From Phycisphaerae bacterium (lineage in GTDB: Bacteria; Planctomycetota; Phycisphaerae; UBA1845; Fen-1342): a stretch of DNA of 42,855 bases. The stretch covers positions 1-42,855 of the forward strand of contig JASFQK010000048.1 in assembly GCA_050115495.1 (NCBI GenBank), in the 5' to 3' direction. A program made the translations under genes and the position numbers. Below the pieces are notes generated by a model. It saw only the letters and a list, made by a program, of their open reading frames with translations. It was not told the DNA's origin and did no database searches. Shown in pieces: positions 9,661-20,942 of the stretch (within the stretch, counting starts at the first letter, position 1; each line of letters starts with the position of its first letter).

Positions 9661-12600
9661 TCAGCCGACATCCACGTCCACGTTGTGCTCTTGACGGTCG
9701 TCGAGAAGTGGGATGGTTCTATCGGGGCGCTCCACGCCATCGAAGACGATCCGCGTCACGGTATTACCCCCGTTGTTGCGGATGCTGATGTGGTGGAACG
9801 TCTCGCGGTAGCGGTAGTGGATCTTGAGTGATTTCCACGCGCCCGGCAGGACAGGCTCCAGACGAAGGTGGTCTACTTCCAGCCGCAAGCCCAAGAGCGA
9901 CTCGGTGAGAAGACGGTACATCCAGCCGGCGCCGCCCGTATACCATGTCCAGCCCCCTCGGCCGACATGCTGGCGATTACTGTACACGTCGGCGGGTACG
10001 ACGTAAGGTTCGACCTTATAGCATTCGACCGCATCCAGAGTCTGGCTGTGGCTGATCGGGTTCATGAGTGACAGCAGCTCCCAGGCAAGGTCGCCGTCGC
10101 CGACGGCCGCAAACGCCATGGCAGTCCACACGGCGGCGTGTGTGTACTGGCCCCCGTTTTCCCGCACACCCGGTACGTAGCCCTTAATGTAGCCCGGATC
10201 CAGCGGAGATCGGTCGAAGGGTGGGTCCAGGAGCTGAACTAGGCCCGGATCGCGGCGGACTAGGCGGTGGTCGACGGCATCCAGCGCGGCTCGCGTGCGC
10301 GCCGGATCCCCGGCGCGAGAAAGGACCGACCAACTTTGCGGGAGCAGATCGATCTGACACTCTGGACTGGTAGCCGAACCCAACGGTTCGCCGCTGTCGA
10401 AATACGCACGCCGGTACCACTGTCCGTCCCAGGCGTGTTGCTCGATGCTCTGACGGAGCTTGGCAGCCCGCGTCTCGCAAGTCTCTGCGAAAGCGACGTC
10501 GCCGCGACGCCGCGCGATCTCTCTGAACTGCATCAAGACGTCGTAGAGGAAGAAGGCCAGCCACACGCTTTCTCCCTTACCCTGGCAACCGACCAGATTC
10601 ATCCCGTCATTCCAATCGCCGCACCCCATGAGCGGCAGGCCGTGCGCGCCTAACCTCAGCCCGTTGTTGATCGCACGGACGCAATGGTCGTAGAGGGTCG
10701 CGGATTCCTCTGAACGTACGGGCCGGTCGTAGTAGCTCTCCTCCTCCTTTCCCACGGGGCGACCTTCCAGAAAATGGACACGCTCGTCAAGCACACCGGT
10801 ATCGCCAACGCATGATACATACCGGCAGACGGCGTAGGGCAGCCACAGGTAGTCATCCGCGATTCGTGTGCGCACGCCCCGATCCAGCGGCGGGTGCCAC
10901 CAGTGTTGCACGTCTCCTTCGCGGAACTGGTGTGCCGCGCAGCGAAGCAGGTGCGCACGGAACAGGCGTGGTTCAGCGTGCACCAGGGCCATGACATCCT
11001 GGAGTTGGTCGCGGAAGCCGAACGCGCCGCCTGACTGGTAGAACCCACTGCGACCGTGTAAACGGCACGCCAGAGTCTGATAGAGCAGCCACCCGTTGAC
11101 CAGGAAGTCTACCGCCGCATCCGGGGTCTCAACGTGGACAGCACCGAGCGTGTGGTTCCAGTACTCCCACACGCTTTCCAAGGCCTGGCGCGCTCCGCCG
11201 ACATCGCAGAAACGGACAACGAGATTGCGCGCAGTGGGAGCATCGCGGGCGGCGCCCAGGACAAAAACCACCTCGAATGCGTGACCGTCATCAAGTTCGA
11301 ACACGGCTTGCATGGCCGCGCATGGATCGAGCGCCGGTCCGACCTTGCCTGACAGCGCGGCACGGCCCATGGCCGCAGGGTCGGCAGGGGTCCCGTTGCG
11401 ACCAAGGAATTCCGTGCGGTCCGCTGTGACGGTCCGCTGCGGCTCGCTGACGGCGAGAAACGCGACGCGCTGGGGAAACTCGCTGTTGTAGGGATTCCGT
11501 GCTAGAACTGCACCGGTCTGCGGATCCAGCTCCGTGACGATGTGTAGCGCGTTTTTCCACCGCTGCTCGCCCAGGACCCATTCGACGTAGCCTGTTACCG
11601 ACAGGCGGCGAGCACGGCCGGACGAGTTGCGGATCTTCAGCCGACAGAGTTTCACGGGGGCGTCGATGGCGACATAGGTCCACAGCTCAGATGAAAGGCC
11701 GCTTTCCGCGTATTCGAAGACGGTGTAGCCAAACCCGTGGCGTGTGGTGTAAGGCCTGGCCCCGCGTGCCGGGAGCGGCGCTGGCGACCAGAAGTGACCG
11801 GTTTCATCGTCGCGGATGTAGAACGCTTCGCCGCTGACGTCGCTGACGGGATCGTTGTACCACGGTGTCAGGCGAAACTCGTGGGCGTTTTCGGCCCAGG
11901 TGTAGGCCCCCCCGCTTTCGCTCACGACGGTGCCAAACTCCGGGTTGGCCAGCACGTTCACCCACGGCGCGGGCGTCACGTTTTCGGCTGTCGTCGTGAT
12001 GACGTATTCGTGACCGTCGCGTGTGAATCCGCCCAAACCGTTGAAGAACGCCAGATCCGGCTCGGACGGTTCTGTGCTATGCGGCACTTCGGAGCGGCGC
12101 GCACGCGTTGGGATGAACTTCGCAGCGGCGGTTGCCGCGGGATCGCGACGCTCAACCTGTTCCATAAGCGTGCCGGCTGTATCGGTAATGATCACGCGCG
12201 CCACAGCCTCTACCAGAATCTTGTCTTCGTCAGAGATTTGCTCGCTGCGGCGAACGAAAATGCCACCCGGGCGATCCACTGGATGGGCTTCGGTTCCAGC
12301 CGCGATCAGGCCCGTGATTTGATCTTGAAGGGCCTGGCGGTACCCCGATTGATCCTCGTTCAGAATAACCAAGTCAACGGTAAGACCCTTCGCCCGCCAA
12401 TACGCATGGGCTTGAGCGAGCTGTCGCACGAGCTCGATATTCGCCTGGTCGCTGATGCGGAGGAGCAAGATCGGCAGGTCGCCGGAGATTCCATAGCCCC
12501 ACAGGCCGGACTGTCCGCGCCGGTTGCGGGAAATGAGGCCGCGCGGAGCGCGGCGGCGCGGATCGGCAAAGAGAACGGCCCCGGCCAGCCGTCCATACAG

Positions 12601-15600
12601 TTGGGCGTCTACCTCGGTCGCGCCGAGCTGTCGCAGAACGAGCCGACTATGCGTCCATGCGAGATCGAAGACACGGTCCGCCATCCGCCCGTCCTGGTAC
12701 TTATCGATCAGTGCCATCACGGCGTCACGGGTATCCGCCACGCCCGTGACGAAGTCGATTCGGATCGTCTCGTCGGGGCTGACGGTAACGGCGCGCCGAA
12801 TCGCGAGGATGGGATCGAGCACGGAACCCTCCCGATTGGACAGTTCCGCCACGTGCATCGCCGCTGGGTCTGCGAGGCTGCGACCGCGCCCGACGAATTC
12901 GCAGCGATCGGTCTCGTACGAGGTCTCTCCCAGCGCTGCGCCGTCGACCACGGCCAGATAGAACATCCAGGGCGGGTGCTCGGCGCTCGAGCACGGGCGA
13001 CGTGTGCAGAGCACAGCTTGGCGTTGCGGCAAGATCTCCGTCTGGACAAACAGCTTGCTGAAGGCCGGGTGGGTTGCATCCGAGGCCGCGTCGGCCAGGA
13101 CAGGCTCAGCGTAGCTGGTCAGCTCGATGATGCGTTTCTTGACTCCCCGGTTCGTGATGCTGATGCGGCGCAGCTCAATGTCGTCTTCGGGTGAGACAGT
13201 GATTTCGGTGTGTGTTTCAACGTCCCCGTCGCGTCGGCGGAACTCGGCCTGAGCCTGAGAGAATACGGCTTCGTACGCCGCGCTCTGTTTGAGCGTGGGC
13301 TGACGGGCCGCAGACCAGAACTCTCCCCGCTCCACATCGCGAAGGTAGCAGAATGCCCCCCAGCAGTCCCGCGTGGGATCCTCCTGCCAGCGCGTGACGG
13401 CGAGGCCCTTCCAGCGGGTGTACCCCCCGCCTGCGGCGGTCACCATGACGTGATACCGTCCGTTCGACAGGAGATGGACCTCCGGCGCTGCGTTCTGGGG
13501 ATTGGTGACGACGCGGAGCGTCGCTTCGGCGCCGCCGGGACGCGGCCCGGATTCCGTGGCCTCGCCCCGGTGCGGGTAGAACGGGGCCGCCTTGGGGACG
13601 CGTTCCTGAAGCAACAGCTCCGTGGCCCGAAACAGAGGATCGGACTGGAAGCGACGCTGCATGGGATGATTGAGCAGGGCATAGGCCAGTGACAGTAGGC
13701 TCATCCCCTGGTGGTGAGCCATGAACGAACGAACGACTGCGCTGCGTTGGCCGCGTGGCACGCGCGCGGGCGTGAAATCGACAGCTTCGTAGAAGCCGTG
13801 TGCCCCGAGCAGTCCGTCCTTTGCCAAGCGTCGCAGATTGGCACAGGCTCGCCGGGGCGCGATCATCAGCCCCAGGGCGGTGGCGTACGGCGCGACGACC
13901 AAATCGTCTGCTAATCCACGTTTGAGCCCGAGTCCCGGCACGCCGAAGGTGCGGTACTGGTAGATAAGGTGAACGTCGGTGGCGTTGTACCCGGATTCGG
14001 ACAGCCCCCAGGGGACTCCGCGCTCCCGGCCGTACTCGATCTGACGTTCGACGATTGCACGATACGTTCGGTCCAGCAGGGTATGTTCAAACGTCGGCAT
14101 GATCAGGAGCGGCATGAGATACTCGAACATCGAGCCGCTCCAGGAAAGCAGTGGGTATTGACCGCCGGCGGCCGTTACGAGTCGCCCAAGGCTGAACCAG
14201 TGCTCCTGGGGCAACTTGCCCTGAGCGATGGCTACGAAGCTGCCGAGCCGTGCCTCTGAGGCCAGGAGGTCGTAGAAGCCGGTATCCACGCGATGGTGAG
14301 CGACGTTGTAACCGATCGAAAGGAGGTGGCGTGACTTGTCGTACAGGAAGTCGTAGCTGAAGTCGGCGAGCTCCCGGCATCGTAAGGCGAGGGTTTCGAG
14401 CTCTGTCAATCGCTCGCTGGCGTACCGGCTGGCCTCGGCGACCGCGTGCCGCAGGTCTACAAGCCACGCCTGCTCCGCCGGAGGTATGGTGGGGCCCGGC
14501 TCGTGCCCGTCGGCGAGGATTTCGTCAATCGACCGCAGCAGCGTGGGGTCAAGCCCTGCGACATCGCGCAGCGTCGGGATTTCATCTAATCGCCGCAGTC
14601 CGTGTCGAAGGTCGGTCAGACGCTGGACCTGCTCGACCGATCCGCGTTGCCACGTCAGTTCGTTTGGCCTGGGGAGCTCGCACCAGGGAGCCAAGTGAAG
14701 CAAGTCGTCCAGGAAGTCGTGGCATTGGCGCTCGATGGCCTGCGCCCAGTGCTTCAGCTCGCCGTCTTGACTGGATCCCACTGCTCCTGCCGAATCCCGG
14801 GCGGCCGATGCCAAGCTCTCCAGAAGCTGCCGTGCAGCAGCCAGCGTTCGTGGCGGAGCCTGCAATTCACTCTGCAGCCGCTCCAGTCGAAGCGCAATCT
14901 CCGGCGAAAGCTCGGCGGAGGGCAGTGTTTCGGAGAGAGACGACTGACCGCGAGCCACATCCAGGAAGACACCCACGGTGTCCTTGAGCCCGGCAAAGCT
15001 CTGCCGTGGAAAAATCTCGCGATCGGCCAGCTGCAGCAGTCCTGGACGCAGCGTGAGCAGATGGCCGGCGAGATTGCCGCTGTCCACGGCTGACACATAC
15101 CGCGGGGGGAGGGGCTCAAGCGTGCGCGTGTCATACCAGTTGTAGAAATGCCCGCGGTAGCGCTCGAGTTCGCTCATCGTCGCAAACGTCTTCGACGTGC
15201 GGTCAATCAACTCCTTGGCGGATACGTATCCGAAGTCGTACGCAGCAAGATTGGTCAGCAACGACAAACCGATGTTGGTGGGGGATGTGCGATGGGCGAC
15301 CGCCGCTGTGGGGTGCTCCTGGTAGTTGTCCGGTGGAAGGAAGTGGTCCGCTGGACCCACGAAGGTCTCGAAGAAACGCCACGTACGGCGTGCGACCTTC
15401 CGGAGGAACACTTGATCTTCGGTCCGCAGTTGTGGCTTGCGAGACTGGGTTGGTCGGCTCAACCACCACGCCACGGTGGGGGAAAGAATCCAAAGGCCCA
15501 GGACAGGCCCGGCCGTGTACAGGGCCACAGGCCGTGCCGCCGCGACCATCACCGCGGCGACGAGCGCAATGGTTGGCCCAATCCACATCGACCGGTAGAA

Positions 15601-18576
15601 TCCCAGCAGAACCGTGTGCGCGTTCTGCCCGGCGTCGTGCGCGGTTTGCCATTCCAGGAGTCTCCGGTGCGTGAAGAGCACGCGCACGGCGGTGCGGGCG
15701 ATTGCGTCGAGACTGAGGAATGCGTCGTAAGGCACACAGAGGAGGGCCACCGCCGCCTGGGCCAACTGTCTTCTCGCTGAGATACCGACTTCTCGCACGT
15801 GCAGACTGGTCGGGAGGTCCGGCGCTTTGCGCAGCAGTTCGACGGTTGCTGTGAATACCACCGGGCTGGCGATGATCCCGATGACAATGAGGGTGTAGAA
15901 GAGCGGTGGACCCGGCAGAAACCAGCCGAGCAGCAGTAACGCCGCCAGCCCGATCGGGACGAGACTACGGCGCAGGTTATCGGAGATTTTCCAACGCGAG
16001 AGGACGGAGATGCCATTGACAATGCTGCGCGCATTGGGGCCGGGAACGCGCGGGAGCATCCACGGTGCGATTTGCCAGTCGCCGCGGATCCATCGATGGC
16101 GGCGGCCGGCGTCGGTGGTGAAACTCGCGGGATGCTCTTCGAGCAGCACCACGTCGCTAACCAAGCCAGCTCTTGCATGGGAACCCTCCAGCAGGTCGTG
16201 ACTGAGGATGCGGTTCTCGGGGAAGCGCGCGCCGACGGACTGCTCAAATGCATCGACATCATAGATTCCCTTGCCGATGTACGAGCCCTCTCCAAAGAGG
16301 TCCTGATACACATTCGAGACCGCTCGGGTGTAGGGATCGATGCCCGGCTCGGCGGCGAAAAGCCGCGCGAACCGCGACCGGCCGGCACTGGGCAAGCTGA
16401 GGCCCACGCGCGGCTGGAGAATTCCGTAGCCCTCGACGACCCGCCCGACCTTCGGATCGAAACGCGGACGATTGAGCGGATGAGCCAGCGTGCCGACCAG
16501 TTGATGTGCCGCATCGCGCGGTAACTGGGTATCGGTGTCAAGTGTAATGACAAACTTGATGTTGGGCAGGATCTCCATCTGTCCGATCACGACGCTAAAG
16601 CGGTCGCGCGCCTCACCGCGTAATAGCGCATTGAACTCGGCGATCTTGCCGCGCTTGCGTTCCCAGCCCATCCATACGCCCTCCTGCTCATTCCACCGCC
16701 GTGGGCGATGAAAAAGAAAAAAGGCGTCGTCGCGCTCAGCTGAGTATTTCTGATTCAGGGCCTCGATGCCATCCGCCGCCAGACCCACGAGCTCTTCGTC
16801 GTTGGCCATTGCCTCCTGGGGCGCGTCGCAGAAATCGGTAAGCAGCGCAAAGTGAAGATGGGCGTCGCGGTTGGCCAAGAACTGCAGCTCAAGTGAGTCC
16901 AGCAAATCCCGGACGCCCGCGGCACTTGTGAGCATGGTTGGCACAATCACCATAGTGCGGAAGTCCGGCGGAATTCCATTTGAGAATTCCATCCTTGGCA
17001 GCGTCCGCGGTGGGACGAGCAGGGTTGCCAGCCAGTTCGTCGCCGACACGCTCAGATGACTGGCGCATAGGAGCAACGGTATGCCCAGGAACAGGAGACC
17101 CCATGCGCCGAGGCCGAACCCATGAGCTGTCACCAAGACTGCCGCCATCAGTATTACTGTCAAGGCGAGGATGGCTCCGCCATAGAGCATCAGCGGGCAG
17201 CGACGGCCGATGCGTCTGAGGATGATCTTGGCCGAGGGACGAAGGCCAACCGTATGCTCAAGAAGAGATCGGCCCTTACTAGTAAGGTAAAACCCGACGT
17301 GGGTCGTACGATCGTCGCCATCGCTATGAGCAATCCCGTCGCGGGCGAACTGGATGGCTCTCTGGGCAACTCCGTCTTCCGAGAGGGAACTCCGTTTGGC
17401 GATCTCTTCCACGACATGGCGATAGCGGTCGCGGGTGGCGAAGTCCATGTTGTTGTACACGTCAGCCGGGTCGCTGCGGAGGACACGCTCGACGACGCTC
17501 ATGGTCTCGACGAATTCGCGCCAATCCACCGCCGATAGAAACCGGAGGCTGCCGATGCTATTGCTCATGGAGACCTGGTCAGCCGCCTGGTTCTGGCTTT
17601 CCAACTGAATGAGTTGTTCGGGGGTCTGGCCCGTCTCGGCCAGCCGTTGCTCAAGCCAGTTCATGGGCAAGGTCGAGGTCGGATTCTGGCCATGCAGCCG
17701 ACGAGTGAATTCCGCGACGAACACGTTCGTAAGCGGCGGGTCCTCGCGGACCAGGTCGGCCAGGGCAAGCACCAGTGTCCTCGGCGCCTTCTCGGTGATC
17801 TCCAGCATGCGGTCCGCCCAGAGGTTCGCAGCTTCGCGATCCCACCGGCACGCGGCGATCCGGATGGCAATGCGGCGCAGGTTTTCGAGCAGGGCCAGGC
17901 GCAGCATGGTCGGAATGGCCCACAATTCGCCGAGCTTCAGGGTCGTCATTGTCTGGTAGGAGGCGACGAAGCCGCTGAGGTTCTCGGCGTCCACGCGCCC
18001 GTCCCCGTGCGAAATCAGTTCCAAGGCAATGGCGTAAACCCGGGGATAGCCAGCCAACGGGCCGCTCGCCAGTCGCGGGAGTTCGCCGCTGTACGTGCGG
18101 GGAAGGTGCCGCCGCGCGGTCCTGATCTGCTCCTCGATGAGGTGGAAGTTGTCCAGCAACCAGTCGGCCGCGGGCGCAATTCGCACGCCCTGCTTCACCG
18201 CGTCCGAGACCGCTTCGTAAGCACCAAGGAGTGCAACTTCGTTTTCGGCCAAACGCGGCAATAGCTGGTCGGGCCCGAAGCGTTTGTCGATCTCGTGCGA
18301 ACTGGCGATGGTGCGCGCGTGCTGTCTGAGTTGATCGACGCTGAGTAGCTCAGACCGTAGTGGCTGCTCAGCGCGCAGTTCCCTATCGCGGCCACGGGGG
18401 GCTCCGAAAATACGGCGGCGGATCAGATCCGTAAAGGTCCAATTGAATGCCAATCCTGTCTCCTCCGATCTGCCGGTCGCCAGCCCAGCCATCTCATACC
18501 CTGAATCCTGCGTTCGCGACAGCAACCGTGGAAAACGGGTCGTGTCGTAGCGCCCGTCAGACCCATTACTCCCCAA
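9661..18576 (-). CDS. ndvB: Cyclic beta-1,2-glucan synthase-like protein (GT84 + glycoamylase-like central domain + GH94 phosphorylase)
   Basis: 2971-aa ORF with GT motifs TLDTDT, SHDLLEG, RRHRWIRGDWQ and TM helices; central YDLLASEARL/SWSGSMFEYLMP; GH94 motifs GFRDQLQD, GDWNDGMN, ENGGQYTH. Probable start is TTG at 18453 (GGAGGAG RBS). Confidence 0.9.
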   Translation of the reverse strand: MGSNGSDGRYDTTRFPRLLSRTQDSGYEMAGLATGRSEETGLAFNWTFTDLIRRRIFGAPRGRDRELRAEQPLRSELLSVDQLRQHARTIASSHEIDKRFGPDQLLPRLAENEVALLGAYEAVSDAVKQGVRIAPAADWLLDNFHLIEEQIRTARRHLPRTYSGELPRLASGPLAGYPRVYAIALELISHGDGRVDAENLSGFVASYQTMTTLKLGELWAIPTMLRLALLENLRRIAIRIAACRWDREAANLWADRMLEITEKAPRTLVLALADLVREDPPLTNVFVAEFTRRLHGQNPTSTLPMNWLEQRLAETGQTPEQLIQLESQNQAADQVSMSNSIGSLRFLSAVDWREFVETMSVVERVLRSDPADVYNNMDFATRDRYRHVVEEIAKRSSLSEDGVAQRAIQFARDGIAHSDGDDRTTHVGFYLTSKGRSLLEHTVGLRPSAKIILRRIGRRCPLMLYGGAILALTVILMAAVLVTAHGFGLGAWGLLFLGIPLLLCASHLSVSATNWLATLLVPPRTLPRMEFSNGIPPDFRTMVIVPTMLTSAAGVRDLLDSLELQFLANRDAHLHFALLTDFCDAPQEAMANDEELVGLAADGIEALNQKYSAERDDAFFLFHRPRRWNEQEGVWMGWERKRGKIAEFNALLRGEARDRFSVVIGQMEILPNIKFVITLDTDTQLPRDAAHQLVGTLAHPLNRPRFDPKVGRVVEGYGILQPRVGLSLPSAGRSRFARLFAAEPGIDPYTRAVSNVYQDLFGEGSYIGKGIYDVDAFEQSVGARFPENRILSHDLLEGSHARAGLVSDVVLLEEHPASFTTDAGRRHRWIRGDWQIAPWMLPRVPGPNARSIVNGISVLSRWKISDNLRRSLVPIGLAALLLLGWFLPGPPLFYTLIVIGIIASPVVFTATVELLRKAPDLPTSLHVREVGISARRQLAQAAVALLCVPYDAFLSLDAIARTAVRVLFTHRRLLEWQTAHDAGQNAHTVLLGFYRSMWIGPTIALVAAVMVAAARPVALYTAGPVLGLWILSPTVAWWLSRPTQSRKPQLRTEDQVFLRKVARRTWRFFETFVGPADHFLPPDNYQEHPTAAVAHRTSPTNIGLSLLTNLAAYDFGYVSAKELIDRTSKTFATMSELERYRGHFYNWYDTRTLEPLPPRYVSAVDSGNLAGHLLTLRPGLLQLADREIFPRQSFAGLKDTVGVFLDVARGQSSLSETLPSAELSPEIALRLERLQSELQAPPRTLAAARQLLESLASAARDSAGAVGSSQDGELKHWAQAIERQCHDFLDDLLHLAPWCELPRPNELTWQRGSVEQVQRLTDLRHGLRRLDEIPTLRDVAGLDPTLLRSIDEILADGHEPGPTIPPAEQAWLVDLRHAVAEASRYASERLTELETLALRCRELADFSYDFLYDKSRHLLSIGYNVAHHRVDTGFYDLLASEARLGSFVAIAQGKLPQEHWFSLGRLVTAAGGQYPLLSWSGSMFEYLMPLLIMPTFEHTLLDRTYRAIVERQIEYGRERGVPWGLSESGYNATDVHLIYQYRTFGVPGLGLKRGLADDLVVAPYATALGLMIAPRRACANLRRLAKDGLLGAHGFYEAVDFTPARVPRGQRSAVVRSFMAHHQGMSLLSLAYALLNHPMQRRFQSDPLFRATELLLQERVPKAAPFYPHRGEATESGPRPGGAEATLRVVTNPQNAAPEVHLLSNGRYHVMVTAAGGGYTRWKGLAVTRWQEDPTRDCWGAFCYLRDVERGEFWSAARQPTLKQSAAYEAVFSQAQAEFRRRDGDVETHTEITVSPEDDIELRRISITNRGVKKRIIELTSYAEPVLADAASDATHPAFSKLFVQTEILPQRQAVLCTRRPCSSAEHPPWMFYLAVVDGAALGETSYETDRCEFVGRGRSLADPAAMHVAELSNREGSVLDPILAIRRAVTVSPDETIRIDFVTGVADTRDAVMALIDKYQDGRMADRVFDLAWTHSRLVLRQLGATEVDAQLYGRLAGAVLFADPRRRAPRGLISRNRRGQSGLWGYGISGDLPILLLRISDQANIELVRQLAQAHAYWRAKGLTVDLVILNEDQSGYRQALQDQITGLIAAGTEAHPVDRPGGIFVRRSEQISDEDKILVEAVARVIITDTAGTLMEQVERRDPAATAAAKFIPTRARRSEVPHSTEPSEPDLAFFNGLGGFTRDGHEYVITTTAENVTPAPWVNVLANPEFGTVVSESGGAYTWAENAHEFRLTPWYNDPVSDVSGEAFYIRDDETGHFWSPAPLPARGARPYTTRHGFGYTVFEYAESGLSSELWTYVAIDAPVKLCRLKIRNSSGRARRLSVTGYVEWVLGEQRWKNALHIVTELDPQTGAVLARNPYNSEFPQRVAFLAVSEPQRTVTADRTEFLGRNGTPADPAAMGRAALSGKVGPALDPCAAMQAVFELDDGHAFEVVFVLGAARDAPTARNLVVRFCDVGGARQALESVWEYWNHTLGAVHVETPDAAVDFLVNGWLLYQTLACRLHGRSGFYQSGGAFGFRDQLQDVMALVHAEPRLFRAHLLRCAAHQFREGDVQHWWHPPLDRGVRTRIADDYLWLPYAVCRYVSCVGDTGVLDERVHFLEGRPVGKEEESYYDRPVRSEESATLYDHCVRAINNGLRLGAHGLPLMGCGDWNDGMNLVGCQGKGESVWLAFFLYDVLMQFREIARRRGDVAFAETCETRAAKLRQSIEQHAWDGQWYRRAYFDSGEPLGSATSPECQIDLLPQSWSVLSRAGDPARTRAALDAVDHRLVRRDPGLVQLLDPPFDRSPLDPGYIKGYVPGVRENGGQYTHAAVWTAMAFAAVGDGDLAWELLSLMNPISHSQTLDAVECYKVEPYVVPADVYSNRQHVGRGGWTWYTGGAGWMYRLLTESLLGLRLEVDHLRLEPVLPGAWKSLKIHYRYRETFHHISIRNNGGNTVTRIVFDGVERPDRTIPLLDDRQEHNVDVDVG

Positions 18577-18623
18577 GGTTGGCCACAGATGCCGCTCTCA
18601 CCTCCGACTCAATTCGCTTCGCT

Positions 18624-20096
18624 CTACAACGCTGACGCGACGCGTCGGAAGTGGTATCCGATGATCGCGAGCGTCATCGCCTCCGGGAATGCGCGGCGGT
18701 GGAAGAGCAGTGCCTTCGTGAGGAACTTCCAGTACTGGCGTCGGCCGCGGCTCAGGATACCCATGACCCACAGCGATTTGATGAACGCCTTCACGTCGCG
18801 CCAGGACAGGTGAATGCCTTGCCCCTGCGGACGATACTCACGCAGGAACGTGAGGATGCGCCGATAGTACATCCTCGGCGTGTAGAGGCGCTTGACAAGC
18901 GAGCGGTAGCCCTCGACCAATATTTCGCGATCGAGCTTGGGGACGAAATTCAGGTTGGCCTCGACGTTGTTTCCGCTCGCGTCGTGGAGGATGCGGCCCT
19001 CCTGTTTGAGCCGTGAGAAAAGCCGCGTGCCCGGCAGCGCCTGGAGCAGACCCACCATGGCCGTCACCACGCCGGCCTCCTGGATAAACCTGATCTGCCG
19101 CTCGAAGATGTTGGGCTTGTCGCTGTCGAACCCGACGATGAAGCCACCCATCACCTCGAGACCCGATTTTTGGATCGTCTTTACGGCGCTGAGCATGTCG
19201 CGCTTCGCATTCTGGACCTTTGCGCACTCGAGCAGGCTTTCCTCCTGCGGCGTCTCGATCCCGACGAAGACCTTCTTGAAGCCCGCGCGGACCATCAGTT
19301 CCAACAACTCCCCATCGTCCGCCAAGTTCAACGAGGCCTCGGTCGTAAACTGTAAACGGACATCGCGACGCCGCTCCCACGCGATGAGCTCGCGAAGAAA
19401 CTCCTTTACCTTGGCTCTGTTTCCAATGAAGTTGTCGTCTACGATGAATATCGGCCCCGTCCAGCCCGCGTCCACGAGGCTTTCCAGCTCGCCGATCATC
19501 TGCTCGTTGGTCTTCAGACGCGGAACTCGGCCGTTCATCACGATGATGTCGCAGAACTCGCAATTGAATGGGCAACCGCGCGAAAACTGGAGCGGCATCG
19601 TGGCATAGTGCTTGAACTTAATCAGATCCCACCGCGGTACCGGCGTCTGCCGTATGTCGGGCCGCTTCTCGCGACGGTAGAACTCCTTGAGGTCGCCAGA
19701 CACCATGTCGGCCACGAGCTCGGGCATGATGTCCTCCGCCTCGCCGAGGACGAAGTGTTTCACTTCGGGGAAGCCCGCGTGGCCGGTGGTAAACAGGGGC
19801 CCGCCCGCGACGACGGTCTTGCCCAGCTGGCTGCATCGGGCGATGACCTCGCGCGCGGAATCCACCTGCGCGAGCATGGCCGAGATGAAAACGCAATCCG
19901 CCCACGCGAGTTGCGCGCCGGTGAGCGATGTGACATTGAGATCGACGAGCTTGAGGTCCCAGCGCTTCGGGAGCATCGCCGCCACGGTCAACAGGCCCAA
20001 CGGCGGAAAACACGCCTTCTTGGAGATGAACGACAGGACGTGCTTGTAGCTCCAGAAGGTGTCCGGCGTAGCAGCGGAAACCAGCAACACTCTCAT
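18624..20096 (-). CDS. B12-binding domain radical SAM protein (DUF4070-type)
   Basis: N-terminal PPLGLLTVAAML B12-binding region, CPFNCEFC motif, IVDDNFIG; GAGGTG RBS before ATG 20096. Confidence 0.92.
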   Translation of the reverse strand: MRVLLVSAATPDTFWSYKHVLSFISKKACFPPLGLLTVAAMLPKRWDLKLVDLNVTSLTGAQLAWADCVFISAMLAQVDSAREVIARCSQLGKTVVAGGPLFTTGHAGFPEVKHFVLGEAEDIMPELVADMVSGDLKEFYRREKRPDIRQTPVPRWDLIKFKHYATMPLQFSRGCPFNCEFCDIIVMNGRVPRLKTNEQMIGELESLVDAGWTGPIFIVDDNFIGNRAKVKEFLRELIAWERRRDVRLQFTTEASLNLADDGELLELMVRAGFKKVFVGIETPQEESLLECAKVQNAKRDMLSAVKTIQKSGLEVMGGFIVGFDSDKPNIFERQIRFIQEAGVVTAMVGLLQALPGTRLFSRLKQEGRILHDASGNNVEANLNFVPKLDREILVEGYRSLVKRLYTPRMYYRRILTFLREYRPQGQGIHLSWRDVKAFIKSLWVMGILSRGRRQYWKFLTKALLFHRRAFPEAMTLAIIGYHFRRVASAL

Positions 20097-20272
20097 CGCA
20101 CAACACCTCACGCGCAGGGGACCCAGCGGACGCAGCGTGTCCGCCAATCCGGTTCAGACTTCCATCCGTCGCCGCAACCACCGATCGGGAACGCCCGTCC
20201 TGGGCGGGGCAGGTGCAGGCGGAACTCGACTTTTCCGTTTTGTGTTTTCGTCAATGCCATCCGGCCTTTCTC

Positions 20273-20707
20273 TTAGTCGCGTTTCACCAGGTCGCGGACC
20301 ATCGGATGGTCCGCCAACTGACCAGCCTCAAGCCGCATTAGATTGCCCTCGAGTCCTTGAAGGAGTCCGTTTGACAATCTGGGGCGGAATCTGCGCAGCA
20401 CTCCGAGCATTCGTGGTGTGGCGAGTATCACCAAGCGACCAATCTTGTGCGTGTCGACTCGCTTCTTTAGCCAACCCACGATCTGTCCGGCAAAACGTCG
20501 CTCTTTCTCCTCGACGTCATGTGTCATTCCGTCCCCGGTCTGCGGCCGCAGGTGCTCACTGTCGGGGAACGTGTTCTCGAGCGCGTCATACTCGTCAACG
20601 TGTTGCGTACCTTGCTCAGTTAAGCGGCAGCACAAGAGCCGGCAATGCTCGGCGTCCGCCAGGGCAAACCACGCGTGGTTTCGTCGTTCGACCTTCGTCT
20701 TACCCAT
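20273..20707 (-). CDS. Host attachment family protein (baeRF12-like release-factor-related fold)
   Basis: Pattern WFALADAEHCRL...RRFAGQIVGWL...RLVILATPRMLGVLR is typical of the family; GGAG RBS. Confidence 0.75.
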   Translation of the reverse strand: MGKTKVERRNHAWFALADAEHCRLLCCRLTEQGTQHVDEYDALENTFPDSEHLRPQTGDGMTHDVEEKERRFAGQIVGWLKKRVDTHKIGRLVILATPRMLGVLRRFRPRLSNGLLQGLEGNLMRLEAGQLADHPMVRDLVKRD

Positions 20708-20725
20708 CGGTGTTCTCCTTGCAAC

Positions 20726-20926
20726 TCAACCTGCATCCGGTCTGCCACCGGCGCAAGTCCATTCCCACACTACCCAACGACGGACATGGAAATCGTCACC
20801 GGCCTCCAAGTCCAGCTTGCCGGTCCCGTCACGAACCTCGAGCACCGTATTCTCGATAACGCGCTCGACGCCGTTGGCGCGTCCGACAACCGCGGATTCG
20901 CGGTTCCTGCTCGCCAAGACCAACGT
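20726..20926 (-). CDS. csrA: CsrA-like carbon storage regulator, divergent, with ACG (or TTG at 20923) in place of ATG; possibly a pseudogene
   Basis: (M)LVLASRNRESAVVG...NTVLEVRDGTGKLDLEAGDDFHVRRWVVWE follows the CsrA pattern MLVLSR..ES.VIG...ITVLEV....VKLG.EA...V.VHR.EV; GAGG RBS; 66 aa. Confidence 0.65.
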   Translation of the reverse strand, partial: TLVLASRNRESAVVGRANGVERVIENTVLEVRDGTGKLDLEAGDDFHVRRWVVWEWTCAGGRPDAG

Positions 20927-20942
20927 GGCAGAACCTCTATTT